64,000 nucleotides of DNA from Actinomycetota bacterium (lineage in GTDB: Bacteria > Actinomycetota > CADDZG01 > JAHWKV01). This document shows, one piece after another, positions 1 through 8,842 of this stretch. Under the pieces are notes generated by a model. That model searched no databases and had not been told where the DNA came from. It was given only the letters and a program-made list of their open reading frames with translations. A program made the position numbers and the translations under genes. Location of the stretch: NCBI GenBank assembly GCA_040905365.1, contig JBBDRQ010000034.1:69151-133150 (forward strand), given 5' to 3'. Numbering within the stretch: position 1 is the first letter of the stretch; the number at the start of each line of letters is the position of its first letter.

Positions 1-783
1 AGCGCCGCGAGCACCACCGCCTGGGAAAGGCTCGAGAAGTGGTACGGAAGCCGCACCTTTTGGATCTGCTCGATGGTGCGCGGCTGGGCGAGCAGATACC
101 CGATCCTCGCCCCGGCCAGACGCCACGATTTGGAGAAGCTCCGAGTGATCACCAGGTTCTCGAACTCTTCTATCAGCCGCATGTGGTCGTGTTGCGAAAA
201 CTCGACATACGCCTCGTCCAGCACCACCAGCGCACCGCTCGCCTCGCAGATCGCCTGCACCTCCTCGGCGGTGTTGGAGTTGCCGGTCGGGTTGTTGGGC
301 GAGCACAAAAAGACGATGTCGGGGCGGTGCAGCTGCACGGCCTCGATTGAGGCCTCCGGGTGCATAGTGAAGTCCGGGTTGCGGCGCGCGCGCAGGTGCC
401 GGGTCCCGCTGATCTTGGTTATCTGGCCGTGCATCCCGTAGGTCGGCTCGAACGTCATCACCTTGCGCTCGGCCCCGCCGAACGCCAGCAATAGTTGCAG
501 GATGATTTCGTTGGACCCGTTGGCCAGCCAGACCCGGTCGGTCAACGTGCCCAGGTGCGCGGCCAAGCCCTCGCGCACATCGTAGAAGTCCCGAAGCGGA
601 TACCGGTTGAGGCCCAGGTTTGCCACACGGTGCTGTAGCTCCCGGATGAACGAGTCCGGCGGGGGAAAGGGGCTTTCGTTGGTGTTGAGCTTGACGGCCG
701 CGTCGAGCTGCGGAGCGCGGTAGGGCTCCAGGTCGGTCAGGTCCGACCGTCCTTCGGGCGCTAGACGCAACTGGTCGCTCATC
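1..783 (-). CDS. hisC: Histidinol-phosphate aminotransferase, 3'-truncated by window edge
   Basis: Minus-strand frame from ATG (revcomp of cat at 781-783) running off the window start. Translation begins MSDQLRLAPEGRSDLTDLEPYRAPQLDAAVKLNTNESPFPP and contains ITRSFSKSWRLAGARIGY (PLP-lysine region). Start abuts the hisD stop at 787, consistent with operon order hisD-hisC. Confidence 0.85.
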
Positions 784-786
784 TAA

Positions 787-2076
787 CTACTCTACTTGCT
801 CCAGCATGATCTCCTCGTTAAATCTGGCCTTCACGGCCCGGCTGTGGTTGGGCAGACCCTCGGCCTGCGCAAAGGCCTCGATGTGGTGAGCCGACTCCCA
901 CAGCGACTCCCGGTTGTGCCGGACCACCGCGCAGGCCCGCTGAAAGTGCGAGGTCCTCAGGCCCGACGCCCAACGCGCGCCGCCGCCGGTAGGAAGCACG
1001 TGGTTGGAGCCGGCCACGTAGTCGCCCAGCGGCACCGGCGAGTCCTCGCCCACGAAGATGACGCCGGCGTGCCGAAACATCCGGTAGCTGTCCTCCGCCC
1101 CCGCAAACAACAGTTCCAGGTGTTCGGGGGCAAACCGGTTGATGCACTCGGCAGCCTGCTCCACGTCTCGTACCGCGATCCCGACGCAACCGAGCTCCAT
1201 CGTCCGGCGCAGGTCGTCGCTGGCACCGATCTCCGCCAGCACGATCTCCAGCTCCTGCGCCACATAGACCAGCGCCTCCTCCTTCCAGGTCACCAGGATC
1301 GACATGCCGCCCGGGCCGTGCTCGGCCTGGGCGATGAGGTCCAACGCCACCAAGCGCGGGTCGGATTCCCCGTCGGTGACCACCGCTATCTCGCTGGGTC
1401 CGGCGATAGAGTCGATCCCCACAAGACCCGCAACCTGCTGCTTGGCCGTGGCCACAAAGATGTTGCCGGGCCCAACTATTACATCCACCTTCGCGATGCT
1501 CTCGGTGCCGTACGCGAGCGCCGCGATAGCGTGGGCTCCTCCGACTTTGTAAACCTCGGTAACCCCGGCGATCTTGGCCGCCGCCAGCGTCGCCGTAGCC
1601 AGCGTACCGTCGGCCGCCGGCGGGACGCACAGGGCGACCTCCTCCACACCGGCTACGCCGGCGGGAATGGCGGTCATCAACACCGAGGACGGGTACGAAG
1701 CGCGGCCTCCGGGCACGTAGCACCCCGCCCGCGGCACTGCGAACACGACCTCGCCCATGAGGCCCCCGCCGATCTCCGCCTCCCAGGGCTGGATCACCTG
1801 GTGCTCAGCAAAGGAGCGTATCCGTCTGGCCGCCTCGTGCATGGCGGCCTTGAGATCGGCGGAAATCTCCTCGTAGGCTCGGTCGATCTCGTCTTCGGTA
1901 GACCGCAAACTCTCCAGGCGCACCTTGTCGAAGCGTTCGGTGAGGTCCAGCAGGGCCCGATCACCGCCGGTTACCACCCGCTCGATGATCTCGCGCACCG
2001 CCTCATGAGGCGCCTGGGCCGACTCCGGCCGTACGATCACGGCGTCGGGGTTGGCCTTCATGTCGACGAATCTCAT
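787..2076 (-). CDS. hisD: Histidinol dehydrogenase
   Basis: 429-aa ORF. Full-length similarity pattern of HisD by established family knowledge (Zn/NAD-binding regions, ...AQAEHGPGG..., ...HLELL..., ...GDYVAGSNHVLPTGG...). Confidence 0.9.
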   Translation of the reverse strand: MRFVDMKANPDAVIVRPESAQAPHEAVREIIERVVTGGDRALLDLTERFDKVRLESLRSTEDEIDRAYEEISADLKAAMHEAARRIRSFAEHQVIQPWEAEIGGGLMGEVVFAVPRAGCYVPGGRASYPSSVLMTAIPAGVAGVEEVALCVPPAADGTLATATLAAAKIAGVTEVYKVGGAHAIAALAYGTESIAKVDVIVGPGNIFVATAKQQVAGLVGIDSIAGPSEIAVVTDGESDPRLVALDLIAQAEHGPGGMSILVTWKEEALVYVAQELEIVLAEIGASDDLRRTMELGCVGIAVRDVEQAAECINRFAPEHLELLFAGAEDSYRMFRHAGVIFVGEDSPVPLGDYVAGSNHVLPTGGGARWASGLRTSHFQRACAVVRHNRESLWESAHHIEAFAQAEGLPNHSRAVKARFNEEIMLEQVE

Positions 2077-2131
2077 GCGTCGAGTCTAAGCGGTGACGGT
2101 GCCGGCCGGCCGGCAGCCGGACCGGAGCAAT

Positions 2132-2374
2132 TTAAAACGACGGAGTCCGCTCGAAGTCCCGACCGCAGCCCCGGCACACTACCGAGCCCATCACCTTCGA
2201 CAGCCGTGAGCTGTTGCAGTAAGGACACCGGTCGCCGAGCAGCTTCCACTCCGGGTCGGATTGCTGGCAGTCGGGACACATCAGAACCTGTTCGTCCTTG
2301 ACCACCAGCCGGACCCAGGGGGAGGCGCCTTTCACCGGGTCGGTCTGTACCGTCCCGCATCGGAAACAACCCAT
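2132..2374 (-). CDS. Small zinc-ribbon protein, four CxxC pairs
   Basis: 80-aa ORF with CFRCG...CPDC...CPYC...CRGC. It fills the gap between dnaE and hisD on the same strand. Confidence 0.55.
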   Translation of the reverse strand: MGCFRCGTVQTDPVKGASPWVRLVVKDEQVLMCPDCQQSDPEWKLLGDRCPYCNSSRLSKVMGSVVCRGCGRDFERTPSF

Positions 2375-2431
2375 CGGACCACTTTAGCCACCCGGCACCT
2401 CCCAAGGCTAGTACCCTGGCCACCAAATCCG

Positions 2432-5400
2432 TTACCCGCCTTTGTCGACCAGGCAGGCGGTGCCCAGCACCGATTGGATCTCTGCGTACAACCCGTTGCG
2501 CAGCTCCACCGTGTAGCCGCCGCCGAGCTTGAGGACCGTATCGCCATTGCGGCCCCCGGCCAGATACAGGTGGACCGGGCACGGCCCCGGGTGGGCCGCC
2601 AGGACCCCCTTCAAGTCCTCTATGCGGTTCATGGTGAGCGCCTCGGCCGGCAACTTGATCCTCAGCACCCCCTCGGCGCCGGCGGTATCTGGACGGGTGA
2701 CCTTCTGCGCCATGAATTTGACGCTGTCGTCACGCAGTTCGATCCGGCCCTTGATGAGGACTACGGCGTCGTCGGCCAGCAGCTCGGGCGAGGTTTCGCG
2801 AGCCGTTTGGGGCCAGAAGGTCACCTCGACGTTGCCCTGTAGATCCTCCAAGACGCCCGCGTACCACGCGTCGCCCTTCTTCGTGAACTTGCGCACCATC
2901 CGCGACAGAACCCCGCCCACCGTGGTTATTCCTCCATCTGGACCGTCGGCCAGGGACGGGATAGAGCGCTCGGTCTGCATCCGCATCGCTCCCTCGATGG
3001 CGGTCAGGGGGTGGTCCGATACGTAGAACCCGAGCATCTCCTTCTCGGCCTTGAGGAGGTCCGACTTGGGAACCTCCTCCTTCGAATCGCCGTTGGGCGC
3101 GTTGGTGCCGCCCGAGTTCGACAGCGTGAGTCCGTTGCTCTTGGCCTCCGCAGCCGGCTCCCCCGCAAAAAACGAATACTGGCCGGCTTCCTCGCTGCGC
3201 CGTTCCGACAGCACCGCCTCGACCAGGCGGCCGACCCTCTCGGACATGCACAAACCGCCGTTCTTGGGGTCCCGCTGCAGCAGCAGCTCCCGCGCGATTC
3301 CCAAGCAGTCGAATCCGCCGGCCTTGGCCAGCGATTCGGTCACCTTTTTGTTGAGGCAGCTGAAGTCCACCCGGCGCAAAAAGTCCTCAAAATCGCTGAA
3401 CTTACCTCCGGAGTTGCGGGCTTTGAGGATCCGTTCGGCCACCGAGGCGCCGACGTTGCGGATGGCCGAAAGGCCGAACAAAATCTCCTCACCGCGGGCG
3501 GTGAAGTCCAGGTTACTTTCGTTGACGCTGGGAGGCAGCACTTTGACCCCCATGGTCCGGGTCTCGGCCAGGTAATACGGCATCTTGTCGTTACGGTCCT
3601 TGGCCGAGGTGAGCAGCGCCGCCAGGTACTCCACCGGGTAGTTGGCCTTCAACCACACCGTCTGGTAGGCAACCAAACCGTAGCCGCTGGCGTGGGCCCG
3701 GTTGAACGAGTAACCGGCAAACGGCTTGATCAGGTCCCACAGCCCCTGAGACTCCTGAGCCGACAGGCCCGCCTCCTGGGCGCCTTCGTGGAACTTGCTC
3801 TCCCACTTGGCCATCTCGGCGCTCTTCTTCTTGCCGATGGCGTGACGGATCATGTCCGCGTTCTGCGGGGAGAAGCCGGCCACCACCTGCAGAATCGTGG
3901 TCACCTGCTCCTGGTAGACGATGACGCCGTTGGTGTCCTCAAGAACATCTTCAAGCAGCGGGTGGTAGTAGCTGATCGAGTCGGGCTGGTGCTTGCCCTT
4001 TACGTACCGTGGTATCTCCTCCATCGGACCGGGCCGGTACAGGGCGATCAACGCCGCAATTTCCTCGAAGCGGTCGGGGCGCAGCTGGCGGCACAGCCGC
4101 GTCATCCCGCCGGACTCCATCTGGAAGATGCCGGCGGTGTTGCCCTCGGCCAGCAGCTTGAACGCTTTGGGATCGTCCAGGGGAATCTGGTCGACGTCGA
4201 TCTCCACGCCGCGGTTGATCTTGACCTGATCGATAGTGTCGCCGATCACGGTGAGGTTGCGCAGGCCCAAAAAGTCCATCTTTAGTAGCCCGAGCTTCTC
4301 GCAGGTACCCATCTCGTATTGAGTGACGATGTCGCCGTCCGTGCGCTGCACCGGCACGGAGTTGGTCAGCGGCTCCTGTCCGATCACCACGCCCGCGGCG
4401 TGCACCGAGTGCTGCCGGCGCAGCCCTTCTAGCTTGCGGGCCGTGTCGATGACCTGCTTGCTTGCGTCCTCTTCCTCGTAGGCCTTGCGCAGCTCGTTGG
4501 CGGCCGGATATGCGTCGTTGTGCCCCGTATGCGGCGGCCACTCGTAGCCCTTGTCGAAGCAGGCGTCGAACGGCGCTTCCTTGCCCAGCACCAGCGGCGG
4601 ATACATCTTGGCCAGGCGGTCGCCCACCGAGTACGGCAGCCCCAGTACCCGGGCGCCGTCGCGGATGGCGGCCTTGGCCTTGATGGTGGAGAACGTAATG
4701 ATCTGCGCCACGTGGTCCTCGCCGTATTTTTGCGAAACGTACTTGATGACCTCGCCCCGGCGCCGGTCGTCCAGGTCGATATCGATGTCGGGCATGGACT
4801 TGCGGCCCGGGTTCAAAAAGCGCTCGAAGCCGAGCTTCCAGCGCAGCGGATCCAACTCGGTGATACCCAGGCAGTAAGCCACTATCGAGCCGCCCACCGA
4901 TCCGCGTCCGGGTCCCACCCGGATTTTCTGGGCCTTGGCCCATTGGACGAAGTCGGCCACAATCAAAAAGTAGGCGGAGAAGCCCATGTCATCGATGACC
5001 TTGAGCTCCATGTTCAGGCGCGACTCCACCTCGGAGGTAACCGGTTGGTAGCGCCGGCGCATGCCGAGCTCCGCCTGCTCTCGCAGGTAGGTCGTGATCG
5101 TGTGGCCTTCGGGCACGTCGAAGCTGGGTAGCAGCATCCGGTCCATCTCCAGCTCCACATCGCACATCTCGGCCACACCGACCGTGTTGTTCACTGCGTC
5201 CTGGTAGTCGGGGAACGCCTCGAGCATCTCTTCGCGGCTTTTCATGTAGAACTGGTCGGTGTCGAACTTCATCCGCTTGGTGTCGGACAGCTCCTTGCCG
5301 GTTTGGATGCACAACAGGATGTCGTGGGCCTCGGCGTCCTCTTTGCATGTGTAGTGCGAGTCGTTGGTAGCCACCAACGGGATGTTTAACTGCTTGCCGA

Positions 5401-5980
5401 TTTTGCGGATCTCCGCATTCAGCATCCCCTGGCCCGTCACTCCCTGCTGCTGGATCTCCAGGAAGTACTTGTCACCGAAGATCTCTTTGTAGTCGGCGGC
5501 GACCTTGTACGCCTCCTCGACTTGTCCGTTGACCACCTTGCGGGCCAGCTCCGAGGACAGGCAGCCGGACAGCACCACGAGGCCCTCCCGGTACTTGTCC
5601 AGTAGTTCCCGGTCCAGACGGGGCCGCCGCGTGCGCAAGTCGTAGCCTTCGAGAAATCCCAGCGACGACATCTTTACCAGGTTCTGGTACCCGGTCTTGT
5701 TCGCCGAGATCATCGTCAGGTGGTAGTAGGAGCCCTGCTGCTTGGTCGAGCGGTCGAGCCGGCTGTTGGGGGCCACGTAAGCCTCCATACCGATCAACGG
5801 CTTCACCCCGGCTTTGAGGCCCTCCAGGTAAAAGGGCACCGCGCCGTACATGACCCCGTGATCGGTAAGCGCGGCGGCGGGCATGCCGAGATCTTTGGCG
5901 CGCGCGAACATCTCCTTGATCCGGCTGGCGCCGTCGAGCAGCGAGTACTCGGAGTGCGAGTGAAGGTGAACGAAGCTCAA
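2432..5980 (-). CDS. dnaE: DNA polymerase III alpha subunit
   Basis: 1182-aa ORF with PHP-domain N-terminus (revcomp TTG start giving MSFVHLHSHSEYSLLDGASRIKEM) and polymerase core/OB-fold regions. GGAGG Shine-Dalgarno about 12 nt upstream of the TTG at 5980. Confidence 0.95.
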   Translation of the reverse strand: MSFVHLHSHSEYSLLDGASRIKEMFARAKDLGMPAAALTDHGVMYGAVPFYLEGLKAGVKPLIGMEAYVAPNSRLDRSTKQQGSYYHLTMISANKTGYQNLVKMSSLGFLEGYDLRTRRPRLDRELLDKYREGLVVLSGCLSSELARKVVNGQVEEAYKVAADYKEIFGDKYFLEIQQQGVTGQGMLNAEIRKIGKQLNIPLVATNDSHYTCKEDAEAHDILLCIQTGKELSDTKRMKFDTDQFYMKSREEMLEAFPDYQDAVNNTVGVAEMCDVELEMDRMLLPSFDVPEGHTITTYLREQAELGMRRRYQPVTSEVESRLNMELKVIDDMGFSAYFLIVADFVQWAKAQKIRVGPGRGSVGGSIVAYCLGITELDPLRWKLGFERFLNPGRKSMPDIDIDLDDRRRGEVIKYVSQKYGEDHVAQIITFSTIKAKAAIRDGARVLGLPYSVGDRLAKMYPPLVLGKEAPFDACFDKGYEWPPHTGHNDAYPAANELRKAYEEEDASKQVIDTARKLEGLRRQHSVHAAGVVIGQEPLTNSVPVQRTDGDIVTQYEMGTCEKLGLLKMDFLGLRNLTVIGDTIDQVKINRGVEIDVDQIPLDDPKAFKLLAEGNTAGIFQMESGGMTRLCRQLRPDRFEEIAALIALYRPGPMEEIPRYVKGKHQPDSISYYHPLLEDVLEDTNGVIVYQEQVTTILQVVAGFSPQNADMIRHAIGKKKSAEMAKWESKFHEGAQEAGLSAQESQGLWDLIKPFAGYSFNRAHASGYGLVAYQTVWLKANYPVEYLAALLTSAKDRNDKMPYYLAETRTMGVKVLPPSVNESNLDFTARGEEILFGLSAIRNVGASVAERILKARNSGGKFSDFEDFLRRVDFSCLNKKVTESLAKAGGFDCLGIARELLLQRDPKNGGLCMSERVGRLVEAVLSERRSEEAGQYSFFAGEPAAEAKSNGLTLSNSGGTNAPNGDSKEEVPKSDLLKAEKEMLGFYVSDHPLTAIEGAMRMQTERSIPSLADGPDGGITTVGGVLSRMVRKFTKKGDAWYAGVLEDLQGNVEVTFWPQTARETSPELLADDAVVLIKGRIELRDDSVKFMAQKVTRPDTAGAEGVLRIKLPAEALTMNRIEDLKGVLAAHPGPCPVHLYLAGGRNGDTVLKLGGGYTVELRNGLYAEIQSVLGTACLVDKGG

Positions 5981-6185
5981 GTCTTTTCCGGACCTCCAAA
6001 CGAGGAGGGAAAGTTTAAATTACAACCGTGTGATTCGGGACTCAATTTAACCCCCCGCGAGGCAGGCGGGTCAAGCCCCTATGCTAGCGGACGGACCGGG
6101 TTTGCCGTGCACCTCATTCTACGTTCGGTTTGCCCCACTCTCTACACTGGGACTCGATCAATCCAGTGCACCACGCCTTGAGGAG

Positions 6186-7937
6186 ATGCCTATAAGCGGC
6201 CAGAGCTTCGCATCGATCGGTGTTCAAACCGCCGAGGTCGAGTTCGCACCTTTGCTGGTCGGGTTCCTAGGCGGGCTGGCCCTCCTGCTGTTCGGCCTGG
6301 GTCACCTCACCTCGGCGCTAAAGGGGGTGGCCGGCGACAGTCTGAGGGCCCTTCTGGCCCGCCTGACCGGCAACCGCTTCAAAGCGGTTTCCACCGGGCT
6401 GGTTACCACCGCCGTCCTTCAATCCTCCACGGTGACCACCGTTCTCGTGGTCGGATTCGTCGACGCCGGTCTGCTCAACCTAACCTCCGCACTCGGGGTC
6501 ATCCTGGGCTCCAACGTGGGCACCACCGTTACCGCCCAGGTCGTAGCCATCGACGTGGCCGATTGGGCTTTGGCGCTGGTAGCGGTGGGCTTTGCCGCCG
6601 CGCGGTACGCCAAGAGCGAGCGCTTCACCGGCTGGGGCAACGCGGTGCTGGGGCTAGGCTTGGTATTCGTGGGCATACAGGCTATGGGCAGCGCCACGTC
6701 TCCGCTGAGCGGCCACCCTCCCTTCCTGGAAGTCCTGGCCGGGCTGCGCAATCCTGTAATTGGAGCTGCGGCGGGCGCGGTCCTGGCCGCCCTGCTTCAC
6801 TCCTCATCGGCCACCACCGTGCTGGCTATCGTCTTTGCTTCCGAGGGCCTGCTGCCACTGGAGGCCGGCTTGGCCGTGGTCATTGGGGCCAACGTCGGCA
6901 CCTGCGTCACTGCGGGGTTGGTGGCCGTCGGCAAGTCCAGGGACGCCCAGCGGGCCGCAGCCGGACACATTGCGTTCAACCTTGCCGGCGCCGTTCTGTG
7001 GTTGTCCTTGATCTCTCCGTTGGCGACGATAGCCGCCGCAGCATCGCCGCAACACCCGGAGCTGGAGGGCACGGCCCGCCTGTCCGCCGAAGTCCCCCGG
7101 CAGCTGGCCAACGCGCACTTCGTCTTCAACGTCTCCAACGTAGTGCTCCTCATCGGGCTGCTCCGTCCAGCCTCCACCCTATTGCGGCGGATCCTGCCCG
7201 ACCGCACCGATGTCCCTCCACCCGTCTCCACTCCCCGCTACCTAAACTTCGACCTGCTTGCCACGCCCTCACTGGCCTTGGTTGCGGTTCAGCACGAAAT
7301 GAGACGGCTGGGCGAGCTCGTAATCGACATGCTGGAAAAGGCTCCCCACGCAGTTCTTTCCGGGAACCGATCGAGCTTGGAGGAGCTTGAAAAGGACGAC
7401 GAAAACGTCGACGCCCTGTATTCGAGCATGGTCGCCTACCTGGCCCGGCTGACCGAGACTTCCCTCTCCGGGTCCGACGGGCAGCGCCTGCTCACTCTGC
7501 TGGAGGCAACCAACGCCCTTGAGAGCATCGCCGACCTGGTCGAGACGAACCTGGTGGCGCAGGGCAGGCGGCGCCTGGACTCGGGCGGCCAGGTCAGCGA
7601 AGTGACTAGGGGCCTGCTCACAGACCTGTTCGCCTCGGTCAACTCCACGGTCGCCGACGCCCTCAAAGCAGCAGTGGACGACGACGCCGGAGCCAGGGCT
7701 CGAGTCCAGGCCGCCAAGGGCGACATCAACCGCAGGCTCGACGCCGCCCGGGGCCATCAGGTACGCCGGCTGATCGAGCAGCATGGGAATCGCCGCCTGC
7801 TCTACGCGATCGAGACCGATGTCATAGATGTCATAAAACGGATCGAGTACCTCGCCCGCCACGTGGTAAGGCCCCGGCCGGCCACCGGCGTACGCATAGG
7901 CCAGGACCGGTTCGGCGCCGTCGAGGAAGAGCCTTAG
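6186..7937 (+). CDS. Na+/phosphate symporter (NptA family) with C-terminal PhoU-like domain
   Basis: Tandem NptA-type membrane repeats (QSSTVTTVLVVGF... / HSSSATTVLAIVFAS...) followed by a PhoU-like helical domain. The tool ORF starts at 6081 but the first in-frame ATG with an adjacent GAGGAG is at 6186. The true start may be a downstream TTG. Confidence 0.75.
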   Translation: MPISGQSFASIGVQTAEVEFAPLLVGFLGGLALLLFGLGHLTSALKGVAGDSLRALLARLTGNRFKAVSTGLVTTAVLQSSTVTTVLVVGFVDAGLLNLTSALGVILGSNVGTTVTAQVVAIDVADWALALVAVGFAAARYAKSERFTGWGNAVLGLGLVFVGIQAMGSATSPLSGHPPFLEVLAGLRNPVIGAAAGAVLAALLHSSSATTVLAIVFASEGLLPLEAGLAVVIGANVGTCVTAGLVAVGKSRDAQRAAAGHIAFNLAGAVLWLSLISPLATIAAAASPQHPELEGTARLSAEVPRQLANAHFVFNVSNVVLLIGLLRPASTLLRRILPDRTDVPPPVSTPRYLNFDLLATPSLALVAVQHEMRRLGELVIDMLEKAPHAVLSGNRSSLEELEKDDENVDALYSSMVAYLARLTETSLSGSDGQRLLTLLEATNALESIADLVETNLVAQGRRRLDSGGQVSEVTRGLLTDLFASVNSTVADALKAAVDDDAGARARVQAAKGDINRRLDAARGHQVRRLIEQHGNRRLLYAIETDVIDVIKRIEYLARHVVRPRPATGVRIGQDRFGAVEEEP

Positions 7938-8842
7938 AATCCCCTGGCCAGCGACTCGACGTGCGAGTCCACCCGGCACAGGCCGACGGTTCCGTTGATG
8001 GCGGTGGAGTCTTTGATCTCCAGGTGGTTCTCGGGCGAGTACCAGGCCACCCGGTTGATCGTCACGTCCAGGGATCCCTGCGACGAGGCGCCCGTGACCT
8101 TGCTCACGGTTCGAAGACGGTGGGCGGGAAGAACCGCCCCCCCGGCCAGCGTTACCGACTCGGAAAGAGCTTCCACCGTCACCGTCGTGTCCATCCGCAC
8201 CCGGCCGTCCGGCGACGTCAGATCGAACTGCAGCGTCTGACCTGGCTGCGGATAAGCAGGGATCAGCCGGACCGGCGGGTCGGCCCTGAACTCGAACTCC
8301 AGTGTCTGCAGCGCCACGGTCTGGGACTGCCGAAGCGACACCAGGTACGCTCCGTCGTCCCGATACTCAAGAGTCAGGTCCAGCACCGACTCCACCGAGG
8401 AAGCGTTCAGGTTGTCCCTCAAGATTCGCTGCCGGCGGCCCTCGGGTCCGTAGACCGACAGCCGCACCGTATCGGGCACCTCCTGCGCGCTGGTTAGACA
8501 TCCGCGGGTCGATACGTTGCCGTTTTGGTCAAAAGTGTAGGTGCCCTTGGGCGCCACTCCTGTGGACGGCGGCCCCTGCTCCCCTACCGGCTCGGGGACC
8601 GGCGGCGGCAAAGCCGGCGGCTCCGGCGGGGCGGGCGGCGGTGCGGGCGGCGGTGCGGGGCTCGGTGCCGGCGGGGTCGAGCTCGCCGCGGGCGAAGGCG
8701 TCGGCGAGGGTGCGGGCGTGAGACTGGGTGAAGGCGTCGGCGTCGGAGAGCTCCGCAGTTCGGTTTCGGTGTTAGATCCACATGCGCCCAGCAACATGGC
8801 CGCGCTGAGCAGTACCGCCGCCAAACGGTTCTCACTACTCAT
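7934..8842 (-). CDS. Secreted lipoprotein with Pro/Ala/Ser-rich linker, last gene of ABC exporter operon
   Basis: Signal peptide with lipobox (LLGAC), a long low-complexity PTPTPSPS...PAPPPAPPPAPPEPP linker, then a globular C-terminal domain. Start overlaps the upstream permease stop. Confidence 0.7.
   Translation of the reverse strand: MSSENRLAAVLLSAAMLLGACGSNTETELRSSPTPTPSPSLTPAPSPTPSPAASSTPPAPSPAPPPAPPPAPPEPPALPPPVPEPVGEQGPPSTGVAPKGTYTFDQNGNVSTRGCLTSAQEVPDTVRLSVYGPEGRRQRILRDNLNASSVESVLDLTLEYRDDGAYLVSLRQSQTVALQTLEFEFRADPPVRLIPAYPQPGQTLQFDLTSPDGRVRMDTTVTVEALSESVTLAGGAVLPAHRLRTVSKVTGASSQGSLDVTINRVAWYSPENHLEIKDSTAINGTVGLCRVDSHVESLARGF

Noticed and set aside
6081-6185. Upstream ATG (6081) as start of the Na/Pi symporter
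   Set aside because: The first 35 codons are non-membrane, non-conserved sequence and overlap the divergent dnaE promoter region. The conserved NptA fold begins after 6186.
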